Assembly: GCF_964204645.1 (NCBI RefSeq)
Contig: NC_134026.1
Location: 27,934,150-27,998,149, forward strand
DNA length: 64,000 nucleotides
Direction of reading: 5' to 3'
Source of the DNA: Tubulanus polymorphus
Taxonomy: Eukaryota; Animalia; Nemertea
This document shows, piece by piece, positions 12,801 to 24,700 of this stretch (positions are counted from its first letter, which is position 1; every line of letters begins with the position of its first letter). The position numbers and the translations under genes are program-made. Below the pieces are notes generated by a model, which was not told the origin of the DNA, searched no databases, and saw nothing but the letters and a program-made list of their open reading frames with translations.

Positions 12801-15800
12801 GAGATGACAAAAATTGGGATACAGATCTTGAAGTTGAAGGCAAGTATTAGATCAAAGTTCAAGGTCAGATCCAAGGGGGCCGAAGAACCCCCCTTATTTC
12901 TGGCAAAGATAACATTTTCACAACCTGGCTTACACATATAGTTGCAAATTACTGCTAGTAAGGCATCAACGGCCATGTGTCTACAACTAGGCCTGTGATA
13001 TTTTAGGCTCCCTGGTTTTATTTAAGGATTTTATAATTTGAAATGAAATCTTCCAATTACTGGAACCTGAATTTCCAAAAATTCGGATTTCAAATTCATT
13101 CTAGAAATTCTGGATTTAATTCAGTCCATGAACAATGCCAAAGACGTATAATGCCTTTCAGTTTCTACATTAAAAATCATGTCAGTTTTGTATTTGTTAC
13201 GCGTCATAAGAACAGGTCACCCTTAAGGGCTTTGCGTGAAATACAAAGCCACCTTAGCAACACAGTAAATGCACGTCAAACAGTTCACATGTATGATACA
13301 TAATTTATTGAGGAATAATACTTAATGATAAAGCTATTAATTCGTAGTATAGGAAACTCTGAAGGGTTCTATTAAAGGACATAGGTTCACTACAATGATT
13401 GATTGCTTGCTGTACTAATTGGTCCATAAAATATTTGCGTTCAACATTTCGTCTCTTATCAATATGTTGATCTGGGAGTCCATTGAATATTTGGTTCAGC
13501 AACTTTTAATTTGCTAAACTGGAGTTGGATATTAGTCTGAGGAACCATTTTTATTGCGTGTGGAAAGCTGTAAAGACGGAATAATGGCAGAGCTGCAAAA
13601 TGATGATGAATTGACGTCTAAGTCAGATGCATGCATCTCGGGAGATGTGCAGGAAAAAACTATACAAAATGAAATGAATATTTTACAAATCTCAAGCTCC
13701 CGAAGGTCTAGTCTTGAAACAACGAGCTTGAAATCACATAACTCGGATTCATCAGATGGAAGTTCAGATAATCAGCTTACTGGACCTAACAATTTGGAAT
13801 TTATTCCTAGTGGAAGGCCGAGCTTCGTGCCTGTCCGAGGTGGACTTAGAAGAAAGAAAACAAATGGTATCATTCTCAAGCGGCTTACAAGTCCAAAAAA
13901 GGGGATACGTTACAGAACAAGAAATGATAACATGTCGGTTATGGATGACAAAGTGACAACAGCTTCAGCTGGATTTACTGAGGATTATGATGAACAAAAA
14001 GCCGATAATTACTCTGACTCCACTGATGAAGATGGTGACGATGAAGATGATGATGATCAATTAGATATTGAAACAACAACTCGTGATGTTATTCGTTCTG
14101 CTAAAAGAAGAAATAGTCAAAGATTAGATGAGCTATACGGTCCTGTCTTTTCAACAATGTGTTCCTTCAGTGGGGCTGAAGACAAAGATGATTATGATAC
14201 TTCAGGTATCATTTAAACTCTTCAAAACACTGAGAAAATTGTCCTCAATGTTTAAACACACTATATGCATACCGCATGATATTTGTTTAAGGTTTTGTCC
14301 TTGGTTTTTTCTTATAGAAAAGAAAGAAACGTATGATCATACTGGACGATCAGCATATGTTGATGCCTGTAAGAAGGTAGGAGTTATTCCTGCATCGTAT
14401 TTCCTACGACACATGCACGATGTCACTCTAGAAATGAAACACCATGGACTCGGGGCAGCTGGAATCAAGCCAATTTGTGTATCACTTGTGGTAAGCTCAT
14501 AGAACTTTATTTGAACTTCGACTTCATTTATAGAGCTCTAAATTTAATTGTGGACTATAAGATATCTTCACATTATTACAAATGATAACTTTTAAAAAAA
14601 TTGTGGAGTTTGTTATTCTCTGGTTTTAAAGAAATTATTTCGTTTCAGTTATTTGACTTGTTTGAAATTTTTTTAATTTCATGGAATTAATTTCAGAGTA
14701 ATACAAATGTACAGACAATGAATTTGTCGGACAATTGGTTAGGTCCAGATGGTGGAAGTTGTATAGCGGATATGTTAAAAGAAAACTGTTTTATTTCCCA
14801 TCTAGTGAGTATTTACTTCTTATCTTGGTAAAAATGATAAAATCTTCATAAATGGACAATGCTAATTTTTGTTTCACAGGATTTATCAGACAATCGTCTT
14901 GGAAATGCATTTGCTACTTCACTAGTGGAAGTTTTACATCTGAACACAACTATAACAAAACTTGTTCTAGCTGGTATGCTTTTAATGTTTCATGTGTATT
15001 GTAACATTTGAACCATAAATGGTTTATGTCTATTCATTGGATTCATGGTCTAGGCACTTGATTTCAGGTAATAATTTTGATGATAAAGCCGCTCTTTCTT
15101 TTGCCGATTCAATTCTGGTAAGTTGACCAATTGCAGGAAAAACAATTTTCCCAAATTTTTGCTGGATGCACAACATTTGAAGCATTTCATTTGATTATAG
15201 AATACCAATAAGATTGAGCATTTGGATTTGAGTCATAACAACTTTGGTGAAGCAGCTGGGATTGTGTTTGGCCCTGCAATTGCTGAAAACGCATCAATTA
15301 GTCACCTTGATCTGAGCTGGAATCACATCAGAAGAAAGGGTGCTGTAGCTGTAGCGCAAGGAGTGAAGGTAATTATTTGATAGAAGTATCTTTGTATCTC
15401 AAATTGCTTTCTAAACATCATTGTATTTACTGTTATAAATATTCACTTTGCAGAACAATATATTTCTGAAGTTAGTCAATCTTTCGTGGAATGGATTTGG
15501 TTTAGATGGTGCTAGTGCTATTGGAGATGCCCTTAAAGGAAATAGTATTTTGGAAGCGCTTGATATCTCGTGAGTTTAACCACATTCTTTTCCAATTAAG
15601 CCCGCTCTGCATTACTCTCTTAATTTGGCTCAATTTTTCTTTCTAGAAATAACCGAATAAATCCTGAAGGTGCTGTAAATATTGGCAAAGGTTTATCTAT
15701 CAATGAGGCTCTTAAAGTTCTTAAGGTACCAAGATGTTTACATAATTAATGCTGGTTTATTTCTATATGTACTGTACTTCTAAATTAAAACCTTTCATAA

Positions 15801-16916
15801 ATTTCAGATGGGTAAGAACCCCATGCAGACTGCTGGCTGTTATGCTATATGCGCAGCAATCATGAAAAATGCCAATTGTGTTTTGAAAGATCTTGACTTT
15901 TCCGTAAGTAACAAACGCATGTGTTTTGATTTGTCTCTGATCACAAAGAAACAATGCATCTTACTTATGGAATGTTGTTCTACAGGATATCCTTGTGAAT
16001 CAGGACTTTCACGACATATACAAACAAGTGAAAGAGAATCTACCCGAATTAACGTGTAAACTAGGAAGTGATGGCATGCCAGAGAAACCAAAATTCAGAG
16101 TCCACCCCATGATCAAACTGAAGAATTATATAGAGAAGCAAGATCTACGATTAGTAGACGTTTTTAACAAATGGGATAAAGATAAAAGCATGAGTGTGAC
16201 TGTAGAGGAGTTTATAGCAGGGGTGGAGGTTTGTGTATAAATTGTTGTTTTGGTGTGCATTTTTACTTTTACATCTGACACTTCACTTCCATCTTGATGA
16301 GCTGTCATTTTTTTTCGATTGTGTGTTTTTACTCTTTACATGTTGTTATTAGAATTTTTATTTTAAATGTTTTTCACTATGAATCACTATAGTAAGTCAT
16401 ATGTATATAAAGCAATATATCATTTTCTACATTGTTTGAAGTGTCAGATTATTGTATTTCTGCTCATCATGGCACAAACATCTACCTCTTCAATAAACTA
16501 TGTTCTTCCTTTACACTCTTACTTTATTCATTCTTTATGTAAAAACAACAAATCCTACATATTTCTCTATTTTGAAAACGACTATGCTATTGCGATGACT
16601 AATAATTAATCAATGAATGGAATTTTCAGGAAACTGGAATAAAGCTGACAAAGGAAGAGATTGAACAGCTTGTGAAAGAGTTGGATAAGGATGGAGATGG
16701 AGAAATTAACTACAGGTAATCATACCTCACCCTGATGAATTTCTTTATATATATAGAATTTGACAAATGACCAAAATACTGCTATATCATTATTTCAGTG
16801 AATTGGTGATTGGTCACACGGACTCGTTGGAAAAAGAGAACAAACTAAATCAACCAATCAGAGCATACAAACCATCATCAGCGCCATCAACACGCAGCTC
16901 AATTACCCCAGAATAG
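9895..16916 (+). CDS. LRRC74: LRRC74-like leucine-rich-repeat protein with two C-terminal EF-hands, long isoform. Exons ~9895-10056, 12683-12839, 14318-14490, 14697-14804, ~14880-14972, ~15068-15117, 15201-15368, ~15454-15569, ~15647-15725, 15808-15903, ~15986-16228, ~16630-16714, ~16799-16916
   Basis: Acidic N-terminus ending WDTDLEVE, then YVDACKKVGVIPASYFLR..HHGLGAAG. RI-like LRRs follow (MNLSDNWLG, LDLSDNRLG, LDLSHNNFG, LDLSWNHIR, VNLSWNGFG). EF-hand loops DKDKSMSVTVEEF and DKDGDGEINYSEL. Stop TAG at 16914-16916. The start ATG at 9895 is less certain than the body. Confidence 0.85.
10724..11671 (-). CDS. Intronless class A (rhodopsin-family) orphan, peptide-receptor-like GPCR, 315 aa, nested antisense in an LRRC74 intron
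   Basis: Seven hydrophobic segments. TM1 GN, TM2 LSCTD, TM3 CMIYE...SERL (DRY variant), TM5 YIVP, TM6 FLLTTLP, TM7 NYSVNFYIY (NPxxY variant). N-glycosylation site NDT. First ATG at 11671, preceded by a likely 5'UTR intron (acceptor ~11681, donor ~11814). Confidence 0.92.
   Translation of the reverse strand: MDNKIVNDTSLVVVGRPYAAYVILHGASKQPLILRIISLASMLVVFCFGAFGNVASFLIMTSQRFCNISYANYISALSCTDFGCIIFLSCLPFLDYYVEDAVIFSNRMMCMIYELVFATCELSSSWFVVAITSERLMLVIFPFTSRIVCTAIFARVVIICIVFTCATTSVFVLVIHIHHTDELGCYMAMEHQVLAFNIIVTYVYIVPVVIVLTLNIFIISKLYKQRHFGTGDGKASRIRKTTMMLVTVSGVFLLTTLPPTINVYIPQSQQTTNISYAILSILQSCNYSVNFYIYLLLGKEVRVYFLEKIQCKCNN
13583..14206 (+). CDS. Alternative first coding exon of the LRRC74-like gene (Ser/Asp-rich, ~208 codons)
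   Basis: ATG GCA GAG at 13583 opens an uninterrupted frame ending GAT ACT TCA G|gtatca (phase 1), which fits the phase-1 acceptor at 14318. Confidence 0.7.
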
Positions 16917-17690
16917 TTAATCATTTATTCAATAATTTAGATTCGGATGAACTTTAGATCAAATTGAAAATTGTTGGGTAGAATTGGCCTGTATTTTCTA
17001 CATACATTGTACTACATGTATGTCTCACTGATCTATTACATAGTATTTATAACGTTGATACATCACGGGTATGTTAGAAAGCACCGCTTCTTTAGAGACT
17101 GTGATGAAAAATACATTTTGTATAGCCACTTCCGTCCATTTTGTTAAAGCTGTTTTGTTTTTGTAAATTTACTTTACGTAAATATTCCTTATATTTATAA
17201 ATGTATAGATTTATTATCAAACATTTCATGTGTATGTCTCATTCCTGAATAATCTCGACCAGTGCAAGAAAAACTTTTTGAAAACGATTTTTTCATATTA
17301 AATGTCATGTAGATATATTTGGTCAAACGTTTATATTCATAATAAATGCAATACACGTATATATAATGTATATGAATATTGACAAAAATAAAGGGAAATG
17401 TATATAAGATTATATATTTTGATATATCTTGCACCTTTTTGAATAAAATGAGGATTCTGCGTATTTCACGAAATTCATTTTTACCTTACCCAAGCACAAA
17501 ATTATTGAACCGTATACCCCGGCGGTGAGTGTTGGACGAAACCAAAAGTGTCCATAGGGTTTCGGTGAACGGCGAACGAACCCAAATAATGTGGACGCTC
17601 CTGTAAGACTAGAGACGCCCACTTAACTCGGCTTACTGGAATTCGCTGTTCACTTTCACACCACAATCACAACAAATGCATTTTTTTGTT

Positions 17691-19866
17691 TTAATACGTT
17701 CTCGTTATTCGTGTTTTCAACACGCTCCATAGGACTTGTTTTTCCTTGCGGATGCCTTTGAAGACGCTCTGGTTTTCTTGGGCTCGTCTGATCAAGTAAG
17801 GTATTGTATCGTCAATATTACCATATGGGATTGATTTAAACACATTATAACCAGCTTTTCCTAGAAATCATAGATAATTGTATACTGTGTATAATCATGA
17901 AAACCAACGTCGGCGTTTTAAAAGCAACCGGTAACAGACTCGCCTCTTGTACGCGTGCGTAAACCGACGAAACTCACCTAGTGGATAGGAAATTTGGTCA
18001 CACATTCCAAGCAACTGCCCGAAAAATACTTGGTCATTGTCTGGAGGAATATCCAGTTCTTTCATTCTAAGTTGATTAGATATGCACTATGTAAATACAA
18101 CTAAAAGTTTTGCAAAATTCCCGAATATTTATATATGTGATCATCACCTTCTTAACGTTGTCCTGATGGAATTTTCATTGTGCGTCGCAATAATGAATTT
18201 CAGAGGTCTATTGACTTGTTCACATCTGTTTAGTAACATCGAGACGACGTAATCATATTTGGCATTTGTATCCGCGTGAGAATCATTCACAGGATCGGGA
18301 TACCCCTTTTCGCGAGCCAGACGACGCTCTTTCGTCATATAAGCACCGCGCACAATTTTAGCACCAAAACAGCAACCACGAGACTCGATGAGTTGCATGT
18401 CATTCATAATCTCAGTATCAGCAGCCTGTTAAATACTTCAATGTATAAAGCAAATACATCGTTGACCAGTGCTTTGTATATTTCGAATTTACGTACTTTC
18501 AAATAGCATTGATATGTATGCCATATTTTCGGTGATTTTGCATTATAATTGAGCATCATGGCAAGCGTCACCAGTCTGATAGCTGGATTCATGTATGTAT
18601 ATTCCGCGTCAACCATAATAGTAACATTCATTTCTTTAGCGTGCTAAAATCAATTGATAATCATATCGCAAACAATGCAATAATTGATAAGTATATTCCT
18701 CATTAAAAAAAACAAACATACCTGACAAACATCGTTAAGCCGCTTCATGCCGCGAAAGAACTTATCATTTTCAGCTTCACTCATCGGCGCTAAATTCTGC
18801 GGTTTTCCTCTGGCCATCATTTCGGCTACCATGTCGAGGGGAACATTATCGTTATTTCTCCCAATGATTTCCGTTATTTTCGTCTGCAAATGGCCATAAA
18901 TGCTAGCAACATATGTTTTTATCTGTATAGTCATATATGGTTTAAGAGAAATTCTTACAACTAATTCTCCCGGCATCAAAGCAGTTATTTTCAATTGCAT
19001 CATCGGATACTTCCCGCCAAATTGAGCAGCTAGTTTTACTGATTCCAACATAGCCTGTAGGTTATCTTCGTATCGACCTTCGCTAGAAAAAAAAGAATCT
19101 GGGATCATATGAATCTGATTTTGCAGGAACTTGAGAATTTTCTTCGTTCCGCAGCTTACCTAGATTTTTCTCCATGGTCCTCTTCAATGGGCATAGCTAA
19201 CAGAAGTCCGATACCGGCTTGTGAAAGGTCTCGTTCACACTTGCGAAGATTTTCAACATTTTCACCCCCAACAAATTGATTGTAAATTGTCTTTTTTATG
19301 AGAAAGTTCGAGAATCGTCTACCAAGTATGGAACGACTAAGACCAAGCAACTGAAACGAGGGGATTTCAATTGATCATTTTCATTTATTCATTTAGTCCA
19401 CATTAAAAATTATTTCCAATGTTTAACGGCTTAAACAAATAATTAAATCTTTTAGTAGTACATGTTTGAAAATGCTAGTCCTATATAGAACTCATTGTCA
19501 TCAACTTTACGTTTGCAACTGAAAATAAACATCTGTTACACATATATGGGTTACTGCGTAATCGTAGTTTGTACCGTAATAGGGTCTAAATCGTGAGAAA
19601 AATACCTTTTCCGCGTTGTTTACCAGAATCTGAAAACCACACAATCTCAATACGACTAGCGCTCTTATTATGTCCCCTGTTCCTTTAGCTTGAAATGCAA
19701 GTTTATATTCGAGAAAATCCAAATCTTTGGCCGTTGAAGGTTGTAGGGCCTCCGGTTCAACTCGAGGTGGTTGGTCGATTCGGTTTTTGTGATATTGTGA
19801 AGCGACCCTCAGAAAATATCCTCCGCATCCATTATTAAATTTCTGTCTAAAAAGGATAGAAAACAT
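17691..19866 (-). CDS. PRODH2: Mitochondrial proline/hydroxyproline dehydrogenase, PRODH2-like, ~8 exons
   Basis: Motifs YNQFVGGE, MMQLKITAL, IMVDAEYTYMNPAI, TYQCYLK, GAKIVRGAYMTKER, IATHNENS, FGQLLGMCDQ, KSIPYG..PYLIRRAQEN. Stop TAA at 17691-17693. MQLKITAL and the absence of the EF-hand insert of PRODH1 favour PRODH2; the paralog call is inference. Confidence 0.88.
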
Positions 19867-20779
19867 TCTCGTGAAAATTATTGTTTTCCACCTGCGAATC
19901 CGGGCTTGCTTGTGGCACTGCTGGTTGTTTTCTCACGAACACTGTAAATGTGCCATAGATCATCTCTGTGGCGTTTTGCCAAAGATGTGCCAAATCCAAA
20001 AGCCTCATACTCGTCACCAACTGAGAGAACATCGCTGCAACCACGCGCAAGGAGTTCGTGGAAATATGGCAGTCCCATCTGACGTTTGGTTATGATTTCG
20101 ATAGTGTTGCCAATGGTAGCCTTTTCTCGTAAAATTTGGCCTTTTTAAAAGGAAGGTCATTGTAGTTCCCCAGTGGACACGGACTGGCAAAGACGGTCCT
20201 TTTGGAAATTTTGGATTGGTTTTGTAGTCTTAAAGGGCCCACGGTTAGTGAAAAACTTGTGTTGGTTAGGCCTTTTTTTAATAGCTTGGTTTACGCGGGA
20301 CCCGCCTCCTGAAATTTGAAGAAAATAAGTCAAAAAAAAAAAATTATTTTAATTTTATTACCGTTTGTGGAACAAATTCAGTGAAAAGACGAGCAAAAAA
20401 AGTTTTTCACCTCCGCCTAATGAGAATCCTGGCTTGAATGATGAAAAGAATTGAAAAACGCTTGGTTCTTTTATGATCACAGTGTGCAGAATTCGAACTT
20501 TCCAAGAATCATTTGTTTGGACATATGTATATTACCCTATCAACAGTTCCCTCTTCCTTCAAAAAGTGATTTTATCTCACTGAGGGAATTCTTTGTTATT
20601 TTTTTTCCACCTCCGAAATGATGTTTCGAGGTCTACCCCGTAAACCAAGGCCTTGTGGTGTCGCACGACCAGATTGTGGAACCAGAAACTTGGAACGCAA
20701 CAGGCGCTTGCCGATTGGATGGAACTTTCGGCGATTTCTTTGGAATTAATTGACTGCGCGGCCGTGTTCTAGGTCCCGA

Positions 20780-20893
20780 GGCCACAGAGGCCTGACACAA
20801 ATGTTTTTTTTTATCCATCTAGTACAAAAACATAACAGTTTCACAGTACCTAGATACTGGGGTGAAATTTTTTTGTGTCAGGCCCTTGTGACC
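20780..20893. repeat. Imperfect inverted repeat / foldback (MITE-like) in the PRODH2-PI3K intergenic region
   Basis: ggccacagaggcctgacacaaa (20780-20801) pairs with tttgtgtcaggcccttgtgacc (20872-20893). An inner pair is atctagtac / gtacctagat. Confidence 0.6.
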
Positions 20894-21380
20894 GACTGCC
20901 AGTCCGTCGGCGCCGCGTCACGTGCGAAGCCGAATACGTTAATTTATTTAAGTAATTATACGTTAAGTTGATTTATTTTTTATTGCAACGCACCTATTCC
21001 GAATACGTTTAGTAGTGTGAAAATTATACGCAGCCAGGGACTCGAACCCACAGTATCAGAACCCATACGTCATGACTTCATGTGTAGTACGACGTTTTAC
21101 GCATGCTAGTAAATGGAGGACCATTAATTTCGTTTTTTACCTGAAAATCAGTGTTCATTGTGACAATGTTTACTTAATTTCAACCGTTGTCATGTTAGGT
21201 TTGTAACGGATTTAAAAAGTTATACAGGTATCCATGAAAGTTAGAATATACAGATCGTATGATGTGAAAATAAACCTCTGCAATATCCCACATTCACCAT
21301 TCAATTCATTCGATGGTGGTGTCAGTGTGTGTCTGACTGAGGCAGTCACCCGCCCCCTCGTTCTACCAGCAGGCCAAATA

Positions 21381-21412
21381 GATCAGAGTACCCTCTGATC
21401 AGAGTACCCTCT
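21381..21412. repeat. Perfect 16-bp tandem duplication (gatcagagtaccctct x2)
   Basis: Seen directly in the sequence. Confidence 0.9.
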
Positions 21413-21752
21413 CTGTCTCAGTCTGAACTATATATATGTATTTGTTATGTTAAAAGAGGATAATAGACCAATTAATTGAGACGGTACCCCTACGTACCAA
21501 CCAAGTGCACACAGTTGTCCTCGGCTCTGGCCACTGGCCCACTGATCTGTTTTGTTGGTATTGTCATTTTGACAAGAGTCAGACTGTCCGTTCGGCACAG
21601 GTTTGACTCCAGAGATAAGACGACCTATTTAAAAATTGCTGAAGATATCTTCAGCAATGTGATTGACTTAGCTAACTGAAATTGATCCTTATCAGGTTTT
21701 ACCATCTATGTCTATTTCATATTTTGTAGGGTTGTGATTGCTGGTGATCACA

Positions 21753-24700
21753 ATGGATGTAGCACAATATCGAGCAGAGTACCAATTTTCAGCAGAAAAT
21801 CTCGAACAGGACGTTGAACATTCAGATGTTGAATACATTTCTATTGAAGTTAATGACATACTCGAAGTTAGCATTTTACCAGAAAAAGATATTGTAAATC
21901 AAGGCTGGTTGAAAGGACTCAACACTCGCACTGGAGCTACTGGGTACTTCCCGATTGATTTTGTAAAGTTGATTGGAAAACGACCATTACCCGCTAAAAG
22001 ACCATCAATAAGCGGGGGAACACTGAAGCCAAAGGTCAATGATGGTAATGATTCAGGATATATAGCTTCACCTGTCGGTAAGTGTTAATGTCACATTATA
22101 GGCTTCAATCCCTCAATTAACACTTAAAAGTAGGTTATATACTGCTACTTTAGTCTTGAGTTAACGCACAAAGATGCTACAGAACATAACTTATTCTTTA
22201 GGTAAATTCTTTGTTAAATTAAATATCTTCCAGTGATAAGTCGTTTGGATGAAGTATGTCATATTTGAACTGTATTCATTTCTTTTCTTTCCTTATCAAG
22301 TGCCTCCAAGAACTCATAAACTGATCGATTCATTTGTGCTTCGACCACAGCTTTGTTACCACTGTAAGTAAAAATATTGTGACAGTTTGTTTGATTTTTG
22401 TCTTGTTTTGTAACAAGGCATTTGAACTGATCGCTTACTTTCATCATTAGGTAATGACTACATCTGGGGATCTGGTTTGATCGCTAATCGTTGCGAAGGT
22501 AAAAGAATTAAAACTATTTAAAGCCCATCGTACATTAGCTGTCGACGTCTCTTTCTGTATAATGATAGGCCAATTTTGGTTAACATTATATTTTAGTTTG
22601 TGGACTCTTTATTCACTATTCATGTATCGATAGTGCAACATCTCATATCTGTAAGCGTCATCTTACTCATAATGAATTGCCACCAACAAATAATGTGGTA
22701 CGTATGAAAGGATATGATTTCTATTTTTCCTTACTGTACATTTCATCAATCTGTATTTACCTCCAATTATTCATCTTACTTGGGTCTAAGTGCTATTTAA
22801 TTCCTCGAATTTGATTAATCACATTTCGTTTGATCTGAATTGTAGCTGATTTCTGAGTGGTCTCTGCAAAATGTGATCGAATGGATGGCAGCTGTCAACC
22901 TACATCGTTATGTTGAGTTGTTCAAAAAACATGAAATCGATGGGGAAAAACTGATTTATCTCGATGGATCGCTGTTAGAGGTATTGGTATTGCTTTTATT
23001 AAAAAGTTTAAAACCTATGTCGAACACGAGATTTTCTTCATAGTAGACAATTTCCATTGAAAAATGTAATTGATTTCTAGGCATATGGTATAAAATATGG
23101 TGATTTTCAGCAAAAGGCTATTTTAGTAGCTGTTGACACCTTATGCGGTAAACCTCCTGATAGTGTAAGTTTATCTGATTCATCGCTTACATTGAGACAA
23201 GATAGCATTATTGAAATTGAATATTCTATTGAAATGATTTTTTTAGCGAGTGTATAACCCACCATTAGAATCTAGCAAACATGGTACTCTAAAAAAAGGT
23301 AAGAAATCAAACAAAATATAAACATTTCTTTATCAAGCACGATATCAATTTTACTGTCAGGCTGTATTTTCATGTTTCAAGGATCATTTCCATGCGATGA
23401 ACACAATTTTTTGGAATACACTTTTTCATCAATGGAGAGATGTGAAGTCTGTGATAAATTCTTGCTTGGATTGATACGTCAAGGACTTTTATGTCAAGGT
23501 TAGTAAATTATGCACACAATATTATTATTCGTATTAATATATGATTATTGTAAATACATATTCAACTCCGTATTTATTGGTTTCCATAGGTTAGTCACCA
23601 TCTATATTTGAATGACACTACCCTTGTGTTAGTGTTATAACTTTTTTTTGAAAAAAGACAACATATTTGAGTCGAAGTGTCAAATTAATGGCATAGTTTT
23701 TCTTTCAATTCTACATACTAGGTTCATTCTTCTAATTTGTTACTGGTCTTTTTTCAGATTGTGGGCTTTGCTGTCATAGACAATGTGCTAATACAGGGGT
23801 TTGTGCTTGTGATATCGATAATTTTCCAACCAGACGCCGACAAAGCTTCAGTCGAGGTAATTCTCATTGTACCTAGATTAGAAATGATACAGTAGACAAG
23901 TGATATGTTTTGAAATTCGTTTATATCTCATTCTCAGAGACAGTTTTTGGCAAAGAGTTGCGCAAACAGTTTGATCCGAGATATGAGGCAGCACCATGGT
24001 TCATTGTGAAATCTACTGAAGAAATTGAACATCGAGGTGATCGGAGAGGTAAATCATGAAAATTAAGCTATTCAGAAAGTGATAACAGTCATTGATTAGA
24101 TAGATATTTGCACCATCTGTTAATCATTTTGTTCAATTTTGATTATTTAGGGAGTGATCTGTTGGATGTATATAGAATTTCTGCATCTACAGAAGCTATT
24201 GCTGAACTAAAAGAAACATTTAACTCAGGTGATTGATAATCATTTATAACATCAGACACCGATATTCATTTCATGAAAGATTTAATGTTAAGAATCTTTT
24301 TTTTTTCAATTACTCAGTCGCACCGGGTTCTGAAATCAATTTGGCGCAATTTGAGTTGAAATGTATATCGGGTACATTGAAAAGGTATTTGCGTGAATTA
24401 CCAAATCCAGTGATACCAATCGAGTTGTATGACAAGTTCATAGAAGCTGCTCGTAAGTTTATTTACAGTTTATTCATAGGTATGTTTACCGAGATCCCCG
24501 TTATATAATACAATTTCAATCTCTTTTCAGAAATAGAGGATGATGTTCAATCTCAACATTGTATGGCGAATCTATTATCAGATATGCCTCCGCATTATCG
24601 CTGCACATTACAGTATCTGATGTCACACTTCTCTAGATTAGTTTCTCGGTATCACACGCGGTCGGGAAGACTTTCACCAGTTTGTGTTCTATCGCGTGTG

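Noticed and set aside
17518-17625. GC-richer patch with cgaaac in the PRODH2/LRRC74 3' region resembling a hammerhead ribozyme
   Set aside because: The core CUGANGA is missing and stem II does not pair.
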